DNA from: Nitrospirota bacterium
GTDB lineage: Bacteria; Nitrospirota; UBA9217
DNA: 64,000 nt
Assembly: GCA_963754875.1 (NCBI GenBank)
Contig: CAVWHO010000016.1
Span: 320,001-384,000 of the forward strand
Direction: 5' to 3'
This document shows, in pieces, positions 53,058 to 62,290 of the stretch. Under the pieces are notes generated by a model. The model did no database searches. It saw only the letters and a program-made list of their open reading frames with translations, and had not been told where the DNA came from. Position numbers and translations under genes: made by a program. Every line of letters begins with the position of its first letter. Position 1 is the first letter of the stretch.

Positions 53058-53822
53058 TCACCGCTGAACTTTTGCCTGTTCCATGATCACGCTGTATTTA
53101 TAACCTGCGCCGAAATCCTTGTCCTTATAGACCGTACCTTTGACCGTTACGATATCGCCGACTGCCGGGGAGTCCTGGGAGGTTGCAATCAGCTCGTTGG
53201 TGCCTTTCGACGCTTCGCCGGTGCCGTCCTTCAAATGTATCCAATTTTTACCCATGATCCCTGAAGAGACCTTAACGACCTTACCACGGATGACGGCCGA
53301 TTTTTGATTCAATGATTCCTTTTTTGCAAATACTTCAGCAACCGTGTAAGCATTTTCCCCTACAGCTTTTTTCACGCTGATTTTAGCATTGGTTGCTGCG
53401 GGCGCTGCTTTTTTTGCCCCGTGGCTTGCAGGCGCGGTTTTGTTCGCTCCCTCGGGATTTGCAGTAATCGGTCCGTCGACAAAATATATGCTGTCAAAGG
53501 TCCTGTTCAGCGTCTTGCTCGTGAAATTCCTCATTTCCATACCAAGCTCAAACGTCATGACCTGCCCCTTCGTGACGGTCATTTGCGGGACAGCAAACCA
53601 GGTTTTCTTGCCCCTCTGCTCCAGACAGATATACGAGTAGCCCCCGGCATTCATGGTTTCTGCCACTTTACCGGTAAGAGTCCGCTCGCTATCTGCTTTC
53701 GTATTCACCTCGGCATTCGGTTTTGACGCGGCTTTCTCTGTTGCGCCAAATGCGCACACAGCGACTAGTGAAAAAATAACTGCAATCGAACAAACTGAGG
53801 CTGCATAAGAAAATCGTTTCAT
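53058..53822 (-). CDS. Exported double OB-fold protein (NrfJ-related)
   Basis: Signal peptide; GKVAETMNAGGYSY, NFTSKTLNRTF, GIMGKNWIHLKDG, KDFGAGYKY. Confidence 0.75.
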   Translation of the reverse strand: MKRFSYAASVCSIAVIFSLVAVCAFGATEKAASKPNAEVNTKADSERTLTGKVAETMNAGGYSYICLEQRGKKTWFAVPQMTVTKGQVMTFELGMEMRNFTSKTLNRTFDSIYFVDGPITANPEGANKTAPASHGAKKAAPAATNAKISVKKAVGENAYTVAEVFAKKESLNQKSAVIRGKVVKVSSGIMGKNWIHLKDGTGEASKGTNELIATSQDSPAVGDIVTVKGTVYKDKDFGAGYKYSVIMEQAKVQR

Positions 53823-53960
53823 TTTGCACTCCCTAATTTTTATTGATATGATTCGGACAGGCAGGCGAATCAGCATTAAAGTAGCTGGAGTTTACTGCTT
53901 TTGGGGAAAATAAGCAAGTCTGTTTTTCCGGGCAAGCGGGCAATTTTTTTGTCTGCAAAG

Positions 53961-55085
53961 TCATGCGGATTTATAGAACAAATCATGTTTTACGCCACGG
54001 CTGATAAGGTAACTGATGACATCGGACGGCTTGAAGAACATCCTGAGCTTCCAGGCGTTTTTCTTGGTTTTGCTGAACACCCGCTCATCAAGCGTATCGA
54101 TAAATCGCAAGATCTCTTCCCGCTCGTCATCGCTGAAATCAAAAGACCCTCCTTTTTTGCCCTCCTCAATCGGGCCGCTCTTCGTGATCCGGTCAACGAT
54201 CTTCCTGATTGCGGCATAGTAGCCTGCTCCCTCGGGACGGTCGAAGAATTTCGGAACGTTCAGGAGATGGTTCGTGAGCTCCCGTGCTTCGGGGAGGTCT
54301 CCGACATGTTCGAGGTTGATGCCCAGCTTATCAGAGCAGAGTGAGATCAGGTTCTTGACGAGCAGGTGGGTCTGCCCCTCCGGCGCGCGATTGATGATGA
54401 GCGCGGGAGTGAATGACGCTTCAATTTCATCGATGAGCGGCAGCAGGTCGGGGGCCGACTTCGTAAGCGCTTCCTTGAACCATTCGACGGTGAACCGCTT
54501 TTCGCTGTCCCCGTTTTTCGTCTCGGCTTCGATGAGCGCTGCGATCTCACGCTGGTTCTTGAAAATGTTCTGAATCTTGCGGAAGATGGCGCCCTTGACA
54601 AAACTGTACGCATTCATCACTGCTCCCGGCTCGGGGGCCGTAATGACCACGCCCCGGTCCGAAATACCGAAAAAATCGAGGGTGTTGAAATGCACGCCCG
54701 CCCCCAGGTCAATGATGATGTAATCCGCCGGAAGCGTACGCAAATGCCGCATGAGCTTGAGTTTCATCCAGTGGGCCGGGTTCGTAATGCCCGGAACAAA
54801 TTCGGCTCCGCTGATAAGCCCGAGGTTATTCACTGAGGTTTCGACGACGAGGTTTTCGAGGGAAGGGACCTTCCCGAGAATGAAATCAGCGATTGTCGGC
54901 GTCCGTCCCAGGATGCCGAGGTAAGTATGCAGATTGGCCGCGCCGAGGTCGAGGTCCGCCAGCACGACGCTCTTGCCGCTCCGGGCGAGCGCAGTGCCCA
55001 GTCCGATTGACAGGATGCTCTTGCCCACGCCTCCCTTGCCGCCGCCCACGGAAATAATTGTCCCCGCTGGATGAGTATCTTTCAT
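53961..55085 (-). CDS. MinD/FlhG-family P-loop ATPase with C-terminal extension
   Basis: GGGKGGVGKS, DLDLGAANLHT, IIDLGAG. Confidence 0.88.
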   Translation of the reverse strand: MKDTHPAGTIISVGGGKGGVGKSILSIGLGTALARSGKSVVLADLDLGAANLHTYLGILGRTPTIADFILGKVPSLENLVVETSVNNLGLISGAEFVPGITNPAHWMKLKLMRHLRTLPADYIIIDLGAGVHFNTLDFFGISDRGVVITAPEPGAVMNAYSFVKGAIFRKIQNIFKNQREIAALIEAETKNGDSEKRFTVEWFKEALTKSAPDLLPLIDEIEASFTPALIINRAPEGQTHLLVKNLISLCSDKLGINLEHVGDLPEARELTNHLLNVPKFFDRPEGAGYYAAIRKIVDRITKSGPIEEGKKGGSFDFSDDEREEILRFIDTLDERVFSKTKKNAWKLRMFFKPSDVISYLISRGVKHDLFYKSA

Positions 55086-55220
55086 GGAGATACTGTAACA
55101 GGTTTTCCGAAGGGCTGTAAAGAGCCCGATAGCAGAAGTGAGAATATCAATGAGCGAAAAAGGTCCTTTCGCAGCCGCCATCATGCGGGCTACGGCCTGC
55201 TATGTACAGCCTGCTGCCCA

Positions 55221-55703
55221 TCACAACTTGTACCCGATCTTCCGCAGGAACCCTTTTCGTTGTTCCCTGTCTGCCGGGGCCTCGACGCCCTTTGGGGAGG
55301 AGCCGTCGATTACGCCGAGAATGCCCTTGCCCAGTTCTGTTGAACCGACTACGACCTCGAGCGGATTGGCTGTTGCGCAAAAGATGCGACAGACCTCGGG
55401 ACAGTTCTTGATCTGGTTAAGGACATTGATGGGGAAGGCGTTCTTGAGATAAATACAGAAGACATGACCCGCGCCAAGGGACCGGAGGACGGTAATACAG
55501 GCGGCGATCAGAGCGTCGTCATTCCCCTCGGTGCGGATGAGGCAAGGGCCGGACGCCTCGTTAAAAGCCACGCCGAACTTTGCCTGCGGCACCGTCGTGG
55601 CGATGATTTCGTAGAGGTCCTCAGCGGTCTTGATGAAATGGGTCTGGCCCAGGATAACATTGCAACCATCGGGGATGTCGACGCGAACGGTAGAGAGTTC
55701 CAT
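55221..55703 (-). CDS. Adenosine-specific kinase / DUF355 family protein
   Basis: ILGQTHFIKTAEDL, FNEASGPCL, FPINVLN, FCATANP, GVIDG. Confidence 0.88.
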   Translation of the reverse strand: MELSTVRVDIPDGCNVILGQTHFIKTAEDLYEIIATTVPQAKFGVAFNEASGPCLIRTEGNDDALIAACITVLRSLGAGHVFCIYLKNAFPINVLNQIKNCPEVCRIFCATANPLEVVVGSTELGKGILGVIDGSSPKGVEAPADREQRKGFLRKIGYKL

Positions 55704-55797
55704 GAGAGCCTCCTCGGCAGGGTTTACATCTCAATGGGGAAACTATAGCAGATTTTCCCGCAGAAAGTAACCCGGGGAGGCGTAGGGACGCAGGTGA

Positions 55798-56490
55798 TTA
55801 AAGCGGTTTCTTTTGGAGCACTGTTGACGCGGTCCCCTGCTGGAGGAGGTCGAGCATACGCGTAATGGACTCTTCATGCAGTTCATGGATGAGCGCCCGA
55901 TCTACTCCGCGCCGCCTCTTCTTGTTGAGAAACGAGAGAAACACCATGCTCTTGTAAATGCGCCTGTTGGTCTTAAAGGAAAAGATGAAGCTGTCGAGGG
56001 AGTTTTCGAGCAGGAGGTCGCTGCGCTGTCGCACTGCCTTGCTGATCAGTACGGTCTGCAGCCAGTAGGTCTTGTCGATGATACTGTCTGCCTTCATCTC
56101 GACCCAGGTATGGCCCATGTTCCCCAGTTCATCAGTCAGTGTCTCGTGGGCCACCGTATCGGCGGCCAGGTGGGCCAGATAGCCGTAGGCGAACGAGCGC
56201 TCGGGCCATGTCTTGGCTTGTTCGAGAAGTTTCAGTCCCACATCCCAGGAGTGCGAGCTTTTTTCATCGGGTAAATATTTTTTCCCGAGGATCATATCTG
56301 CCATGAGATTGCCGTACAGAAAATCCTGCTTGTGTTTTTTCAGAAGGGCATGGATGCCGGCGGGCAGGAGCGTGGCGCAGGAGAGCAGTTCATTGCCGAG
56401 ATACATGTGGGTCATGGGACCCCATGCAAAGGCGAAAGAAGGTATGAGTATGAATCCGGCTGCTAATAATAAAATAAATGACATGATCAC
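55798..56490 (-). CDS. Zinc-dependent phospholipase C family protein
   Basis: Signal peptide then WGPMTH; GYLAHLAADTVAH; HTWVE. Confidence 0.85.
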   Translation of the reverse strand: MIMSFILLLAAGFILIPSFAFAWGPMTHMYLGNELLSCATLLPAGIHALLKKHKQDFLYGNLMADMILGKKYLPDEKSSHSWDVGLKLLEQAKTWPERSFAYGYLAHLAADTVAHETLTDELGNMGHTWVEMKADSIIDKTYWLQTVLISKAVRQRSDLLLENSLDSFIFSFKTNRRIYKSMVFLSFLNKKRRRGVDRALIHELHEESITRMLDLLQQGTASTVLQKKPL

Positions 56491-56702
56491 TTCAATGAAG
56501 ACGCTTGGTTGCGAAAATCATCATTAATGGGATTTATAATACCCCTCTGAAGCTCTCCCCGTCAATACTAAAGTTATCGCGCATGTGATTATTCCTTTTT
56601 CGGGGGGATTCGGGTATGTGCATGGGGGGAAATTCATAGGTCGCAGCCGGGAATCAAACGAGGGAGAGAAATCGACGAAGCCGGGCCGTCAAAAAGGGGC
56701 GG

Positions 56703-56930
56703 CTAATGACAGCCTGCGCAGGAGGACGACGAACAGCCGCCGCACCCGGAGCTTCCGCTCGAGTCGCTCGATGACGACGCTCCCGATGACCGGCCCATGC
56801 CGAAGCGAGACATGAGCTTTTCCGTATTCATCGAGCCGCACTTCTCGCAGGCGACAGAATGATTCGAACCGAAGACGAGTTTTTCGAAATCGGCGTTGCA
56901 GACTCTACAGTGATATTCGTAGATCGGCAT
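56703..56930 (-). CDS. FmdB-family zinc-ribbon protein
   Basis: [11 protein letters not shown]...CEKCGS...[12 protein letters not shown]. Confidence 0.9.
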   Translation of the reverse strand: MPIYEYHCRVCNADFEKLVFGSNHSVACEKCGSMNTEKLMSRFGMGRSSGASSSSDSSGSSGCGGCSSSSCAGCH

Positions 56931-57041
56931 GTATTTTCCTTAACGCGCACAGATGAAACGGTAAAGACGGAATCGGGGCACAATCTACGTTATGCTCTTT
57001 CTCCGTGCCCATCAGTGTCCATCCGTGGTTACGATGTAGTT

Positions 57042-57690
57042 TCATTTCTTTTCCAACTTTGTTCCAGTCCGACAAGAACTTCTCAATCCCGATGTCCGTG
57101 AGCGGGTGCTTCACGAGCTGGTCGATTACACCAAAGGGAATCGTGGCTACGTGGGCGCCTGCCAGGGCCGCGTCTACGACGTGGAGCGGATTTCGCACGC
57201 TCGCGACGATCACCTCGGTGCCGTAGCCGTAATTATTGTAGATCGTTACGATCTGGCGCACGAGGTCCATGCCGTAGTGGCTGATGTCGTCCAGCCTGCC
57301 CACGAAGGGACTCACGTAAGCCGCCCCGACTTTTGCCGCCAGGAGCGCTTGCGAGGGTGAGAAGACCAGCGTCATATTCACGCGGATTCCCTGCTCCGCC
57401 AGCACTTTCGTCGCTTTCAGCCCCTCCTTGGTCATGGGCAGTTTCACCACGATGTTCTTGTGGATCTTCGCAAGGTCCGTCCCCTCGGCTACCATCTTGT
57501 CGGCCTCAAGGCTTACGGCCTCGGCGCTGATCGGTCCGTCGACGATGGAACAGATCTCGGCGATCACCTGCTTGAAGTCCCGGCCTTCCCTGGCGATCAG
57601 CGAGGGATTCGTGGTCACGCCGTCGACAACGCCGAGGCTCGCTGCTTCGCGGATCTCTTTCACATTTGCCGTATCGATAAAAAATTTCAC
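57042..57690 (-). CDS. Transaldolase / fructose-6-phosphate aldolase (short type); an extra A near the 3' end masks the stop
   Basis: [42 protein letters not shown]; removing one A gives VGKK-stop at 57042. Confidence 0.9.
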
Positions 57691-57712
57691 GTTCGTTCCT
57701 TTCCAGTACACA

Positions 57713-59002
57713 TTAATGTGATGCATGATCCATGATGCACGATTCACGATTTTCTATATCAGGCATCCTGCATCCTTGTATAGCTTCTTCCAGCACTTGC
57801 ACGGTATGCAGCACTTCGACGTCTGAGCCGGCAAGTTTTAGAGCATTTGCTATCTGCATGCGGCAGCCGGGGCATCCGGTCACGACTGCGGCAGCCTGTG
57901 TTGCGATGATGGCTTTCGCCTTCTCCTCAGCAATACCGTCGGACAGGTTCTGATGGCTCACCCGCATCACGCCGCCGAAACCACAGCAACGGTCGGCGTT
58001 CCTCATTTCCCTGATCGTCAGCTGAGGGATTGAACGGAGCAGGTTTCTCAGGACGTGCGAAAGCCCCTGCCCCCTGCTGAGATGACAGGGGTCGTGGACG
58101 GTGACGCTTCGTGCGATTGGCGAAAGCCTGATGTCGCCCAGCCGGCTGTACAGAAATTCATGGATATCGAGAACGGTGAGCGCATTTCCGTCCGGCCGCA
58201 GCAGTGTAGGATAATCCTTTTTAAAAGTCAAGCCGCAGGAGGCGCATGCCGTGACGATTGCATCGGCCTGGACGGCTGATAAGACCGCGGCATTATGCGC
58301 CGCGTGCTCCTCCGCAGCAGCACGGTCGCCGAGGGAGAGGAGCGGTCTGCCGCAGCATTTCAACCCCTTCGGAATGATTACTTCATAGCCCAGGGCATTC
58401 AGCACGTTCTTCGTCGCCCTTCCGATCTCGGGCTGAAAATACTCTATGGCGCACCCCGGGAAGAAGACGACCCTGTTGTTTTTTTTATTCCTTGGACTGT
58501 GTACTCTGTACTGTGTACTCTGTTCTCCGGACTTTGAACGTTGAACTCTGAACTCTGAACTTTTGATTTTTGTATAATGCAGCACGAACGGCGCAAGCCA
58601 GGCAGTCGCCCGAAGCGCGGAAGGGTGCTTCAGCACTTCGGAAACGATCCTGTTGATAATGCCGGTCCCCGATTCCCGGACAGCCTGTTCCTTCGCTGCC
58701 TGTACAATTTCCGCAACGGGCACACCGCTCGGACAGGAAGCTTCACAAGCAAGACATCCGGTACACGTCGCGAGGCGATCTTTAAAGATCTCGGAAACCA
58801 TGAGCTTCCCGTCCAGAACTGCTTTTACGAGGGCCATCCTGCCGCGTGCAGAAAGCGATTCCCCCTGCTCCCGCAGGAAGGGAGGGCATACGGCACGGCA
58901 GGCCCCGCACTTTACGCATCGCTCGATGTCCCGGCGAAAGTATTCGAGGTACGGCGTGGGCGATGGCTGGGCAGAACGGGCTCGCTTCATCTGTTTGTTC
59001 AT
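57713..59002 (-). CDS. GlcF-like (Fe-S)-binding protein (two 4Fe-4S motifs plus two CCG domains)
   Basis: [34 protein letters not shown] twice, HDPCHL, GCPGC. Confidence 0.9.
   Translation of the reverse strand: MNKQMKRARSAQPSPTPYLEYFRRDIERCVKCGACRAVCPPFLREQGESLSARGRMALVKAVLDGKLMVSEIFKDRLATCTGCLACEASCPSGVPVAEIVQAAKEQAVRESGTGIINRIVSEVLKHPSALRATAWLAPFVLHYTKIKSSEFRVQRSKSGEQSTQYRVHSPRNKKNNRVVFFPGCAIEYFQPEIGRATKNVLNALGYEVIIPKGLKCCGRPLLSLGDRAAAEEHAAHNAAVLSAVQADAIVTACASCGLTFKKDYPTLLRPDGNALTVLDIHEFLYSRLGDIRLSPIARSVTVHDPCHLSRGQGLSHVLRNLLRSIPQLTIREMRNADRCCGFGGVMRVSHQNLSDGIAEEKAKAIIATQAAAVVTGCPGCRMQIANALKLAGSDVEVLHTVQVLEEAIQGCRMPDIENRESCIMDHASH
58496..58565. repeat. Ten heptamer units inside the GlcF-like gene
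   Basis: actgtgt actctgt actgtgt actctgt tctccgg actttga acgttga actctga actctga acttttg. Confidence 0.85.
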
Positions 59003-59631
59003 GGCAGGATCGTCACCGGCGTGCCGAGCGACACCGCATTGAAGAGTTCATCGACGTCGGCATTGTCCAGCGCAATGCAGCCATCGGTCCAATTCATGCC
59101 TACAAACGATTGCCCTGTTGCGCCGCCTTCCAGGGCCCGCCCATGAATGCCTACGGCACCGCCGAGCCGCGTGTCCCAGGGTGGGGGCTGCCGTTCTTCG
59201 ATGGCCTTTTTGATCGAAACATATTCGGACAGGGAAATCGTCCCGGATTTTAGGCCGTATTCAGCGTGTTTCATATCAGGATAGCTCAGGCCCATGAATT
59301 TGTAGAAACGTTTACTGTGGTTCATGGTACAAATATAGAACTCTCCTTCCGGGGTCCGTTTGTCGCCCTCCATCCGTTTGTCGCCGTCCTGAAATCCCTT
59401 GCCGAACACGGCCCGATAGGTCTTGACAGGCGTATCTCCCTTGTAGAGGGTCACCGTGTACTGCGACTTCCAGATGATAAGCCGGGGTTGCCCGGAAAGG
59501 GCCGAGAGCCGGTCGGCAAAAATATCCGTTTTCGGCGCCGTCGCCTCTGGTGCTGGAGATATGCAGCTGAGAAGCAGGACCGCTGTGAGGAGCCTGATCA
59601 GGAACAGGATTTTTTTTTGAATCTGCGTCAT
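58999..59631 (-). CDS. L,D-transpeptidase (YkuD family), probable lipoprotein
   Basis: GDKRTPEGEFYI, LSYP, IHG, WTDGCIAL; LLLSC lipobox-like. Confidence 0.92.
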   Translation of the reverse strand: MTQIQKKILFLIRLLTAVLLLSCISPAPEATAPKTDIFADRLSALSGQPRLIIWKSQYTVTLYKGDTPVKTYRAVFGKGFQDGDKRMEGDKRTPEGEFYICTMNHSKRFYKFMGLSYPDMKHAEYGLKSGTISLSEYVSIKKAIEERQPPPWDTRLGGAVGIHGRALEGGATGQSFVGMNWTDGCIALDNADVDELFNAVSLGTPVTILP

Positions 59632-59646
59632 TTTTTCCGACCGCGG

Positions 59647-59910
59647 TTACGTGCGGTTCTTGGCTTCATACTGTTTGGCGCAGGTCTCGCTGCAAAACAG
59701 ACAGAGTTTTCCGTTGATGCGTCGGGTCACCGCCCGGCTCTTTACCACATAGGTGCGGCACTCGGGGTCTTGCACCATCTCTTCCCCGGGAAGGACCGTG
59801 CTCTGGCGCCGCTCGTCTGCATAATATCCCCGGACCGCGGAGCGGAAGACGGCCTTGAAAGCGTAGTAGACCAGGAGGAGGGCAAAAAAAATCAGCAGGC
59901 TGCGAATCAT
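59647..59910 (-). CDS. Membrane-anchored YHS/TRASH-like small protein
   Basis: EMVQDPECRTYV...FCSETC. Confidence 0.85.
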   Translation of the reverse strand: MIRSLLIFFALLLVYYAFKAVFRSAVRGYYADERRQSTVLPGEEMVQDPECRTYVVKSRAVTRRINGKLCLFCSETCAKQYEAKNRT

Positions 59911-60484
59911 CTGGTCCTCTCCGGAATCCCTTTTTGCAAGTCCGCTATGTTGGACCTGACGACGTCGGCATTAGGAAAGTTCGGCGCCAGTTTCAGCAGC
60001 TCTTCCCAGATGTGGATGGCGGCCCGATAATTCTTCTTGTCATGGCCAGGACGATCCCCATATTGTATCGGGCATTCAGGTGAGTCGGTTCATGCTCGAG
60101 CGCAAGACGATATTCGGCAAGCGCCCGGTCCGGCATGTTCAGATTCCGGTATGCCGTTCCCATGTCGGTGCGCACGTCGGCATTCCGGGGATCCATCCGC
60201 AGCGCATGCTCGTACATCGTGATCGCATTCTTCCATTGTCCGCTGTCGAAGTATGCGTTTCCCATGGCAACGAGGGCGGAGAAATTATTCGGGTCCTCCG
60301 AAAGGATCGTGCGGTATTCCTCGATCAGACCGTCGTAGTCGGGACCTTGGGCGTTATCGAGCTTATTCGAGTGGTCTATTGCGGCGGGGACGGCATACGT
60401 TTTTTTTCCCTCAATCCGCTGGCACGAGGCCAGAAACGGCACCAAGAGAAAGAGAACGAGCATGATAAATACTTTTTTCATCAT
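59907..60484 (-). CDS. TPR lipoprotein, frameshift near 60045
   Basis: LASC lipobox; GNAYFDSGQW, ADVRTDMGTAY; continues DKKNYRAAIHIWEELL to a TGA overlapping the next ATG. Confidence 0.82.
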
Positions 60485-60576
60485 TATTAAACCTGTGGAG
60501 CTCTTTGCCATCGGACGGTGACGGCAAACTCGTGCGCCTTGCAGGAAGGTCCGGGACCGGCCCGACATTCTTCCCG

Positions 60577-62138
60577 TTAATGCCGGAAGTGCCTCATTCC
60601 CGTCATGACCATGGCAATACCATGCTCCTCGGCGGCCTTGATCACTTCTTCATCCTTAAGTGATCCGCCGGGCTGGATCACGGCCGTCACTCCCGCCCGG
60701 GCCGCTTCGTCCAGGCCGTCACGGAACGGGAAAAAAGCATCGGAAGCGAGTACCGTCCCGGTGAGCGGAAATTGCGCTTTCAGCTTTGCAATCCGAACGG
60801 AATCGAGACGGCTCATCTGTCCAGCACCGATGCCGATGGTCCGATCTTTGGTCGCGAATACAACAGCATTGGACTTCACGTGCTTGCATACTTTCCATGC
60901 AAAAGCCAGCGCCTCATATTCATCGTCACGTGGGTTTCCGCTTCGTGGCCACGCGAAGGGCCTTCACGTCGGCGATCCTCCCGAGATCGCGGTCCTGATA
61001 AATAAGGCCGCCCACGATCTTCTTCAGGTCCATGCCCTCGGGCGTTCCCGAGACCGCGGGCCGATGTCGAGGAGCCCGGAGGTCTTTTTTCTTCTTGAGC
61101 TCATCGAGAGCGTCGGGCGCGAACTCTGGTGCCACAACGACCTCCACAAAGGTCGCCGTCAATTCTTTTGCCGTATCGTAGTCGACCATGCGGTTGAAGG
61201 CGATCACGCCGCCGAAGGCCGAGACCGGATCGCAGTCGCGCGCCTTGCAATATGCCTCGACGAGGGTCGGCGCCGTGGCAACGCCGCAGGGATTGTTGTG
61301 CTTCACGATCACCGCTGCAATCTGGTCGTACTCCTTCGCGAGTTCGAGTCGCGCTGTTCGCGTCAAGGAAGTTGTTGAACGACATTTCCTTGCCCTGGAG
61401 CTGCCTGGCGCTGGACACCGAGGGTTCCTTGCGACCGAACTCACGGTAAAAAGCGCCCTGCTGGTGCGGGTTCTCGCCGTACCGCAGGTTCTGCACCTTC
61501 TCGAACTGGAGCGTCAGGATATTCGGGAACCGGGTCTTTTCCTCCGCCGGGACCTGGCTGTCGAGCCACGCCGAGATGGCGCTGTCGTATCGCGCCGTAT
61601 GCAGGAACACGGTCCGGCAGAGCTCAAAGCGGGTCTTGAGGGATACCTCGCCGGTCTTCCGGATCTCTTCGAGCACCCGTCCGTAATCGCGGGGAGAAAC
61701 CACCACGGCGACGTCGGTGTAGTTTTTCGCCGCCGAACGCAGCATCGTGGGGCCGCCGATGTCGATGTTCTCGATCGCGTCTTCGAGCGTGCAGCCCGGT
61801 TTGGCCACGGTCTGCTCAAAGGGATACAGGTTCACGACCACCAGGTCGATGGGCTCGATGCCGTGCTGCTTCATCTGTTTTACATGCTCGGGATTGTTCC
61901 GTCTTCCGAGCAGCCCGCCGTGGACCTTCGGGTGAAGCGTCTTGACCCGGCCGTCGAGCATTTCGGGAAAACCCGTGAATTCCGAGACGTCCTTGACCTG
62001 CACGCCCGCGTCACGAAGCATCTTCGCCGTGCCGCCGGTCGATAGTATTTCGATCCCGAGCTCGGAAATGCCCCGGGCAAAATCCAGGATGCCGTTCTTG
62101 TTGGAAACACTGATGAGCGCGCGCGTTATTTTACCCAC
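60577..62138 (-). CDS. purH: Bifunctional AICAR transformylase / IMP cyclohydrolase, frameshifted
   Basis: [60 protein letters not shown]. Confidence 0.95.
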
Positions 62139-62187
62139 GAAGGGGACCTCCGATGGACCTGATGGAAAACTAGGCAGAATGAGAGGA

Positions 62188-62216
62188 ATTTTAACCTAAT
62201 GGGCAGGGAAAGTCAA
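62188..62216 (-). promoter_or_regulatory. Sigma70-type promoter of purH
   Basis: TTGACT-17 nt-TAAAAT. Confidence 0.65.
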
Positions 62217-62290
62217 TTTGAATAGGCAGGACATTGAATACGAAGGACGGAGTTTATCGCTTCTCGCTCCGGCAGAAATCCGGAGCGACA

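Noticed and set aside
58496..58565. Periodic tracts as a CRISPR array
   Set aside because: The units are 7 nt with no unique spacers, and there are no cas genes in the window.
60497..60576. GGCAAAC-containing stretch resembling the start of a second c-di-GMP riboswitch
   Set aside because: It lacks the P2 GNRA hairpin and GCAAAG junction and lies on the strand opposite to the local genes.
60877..61444. Selenocysteine read-through or programmed frameshifting in purH and other split genes
   Set aside because: The breaks are frame changes rather than in-frame TGA at Cys positions, no slippery-site-plus-structure pattern is shared, and sequencing indels are the simpler explanation.
62139..62190. 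ZTP (pfl) riboswitch expected upstream of purH
   Set aside because: Only ~45 nt lie between the promoter and the start codon, and no matching structure is visible.
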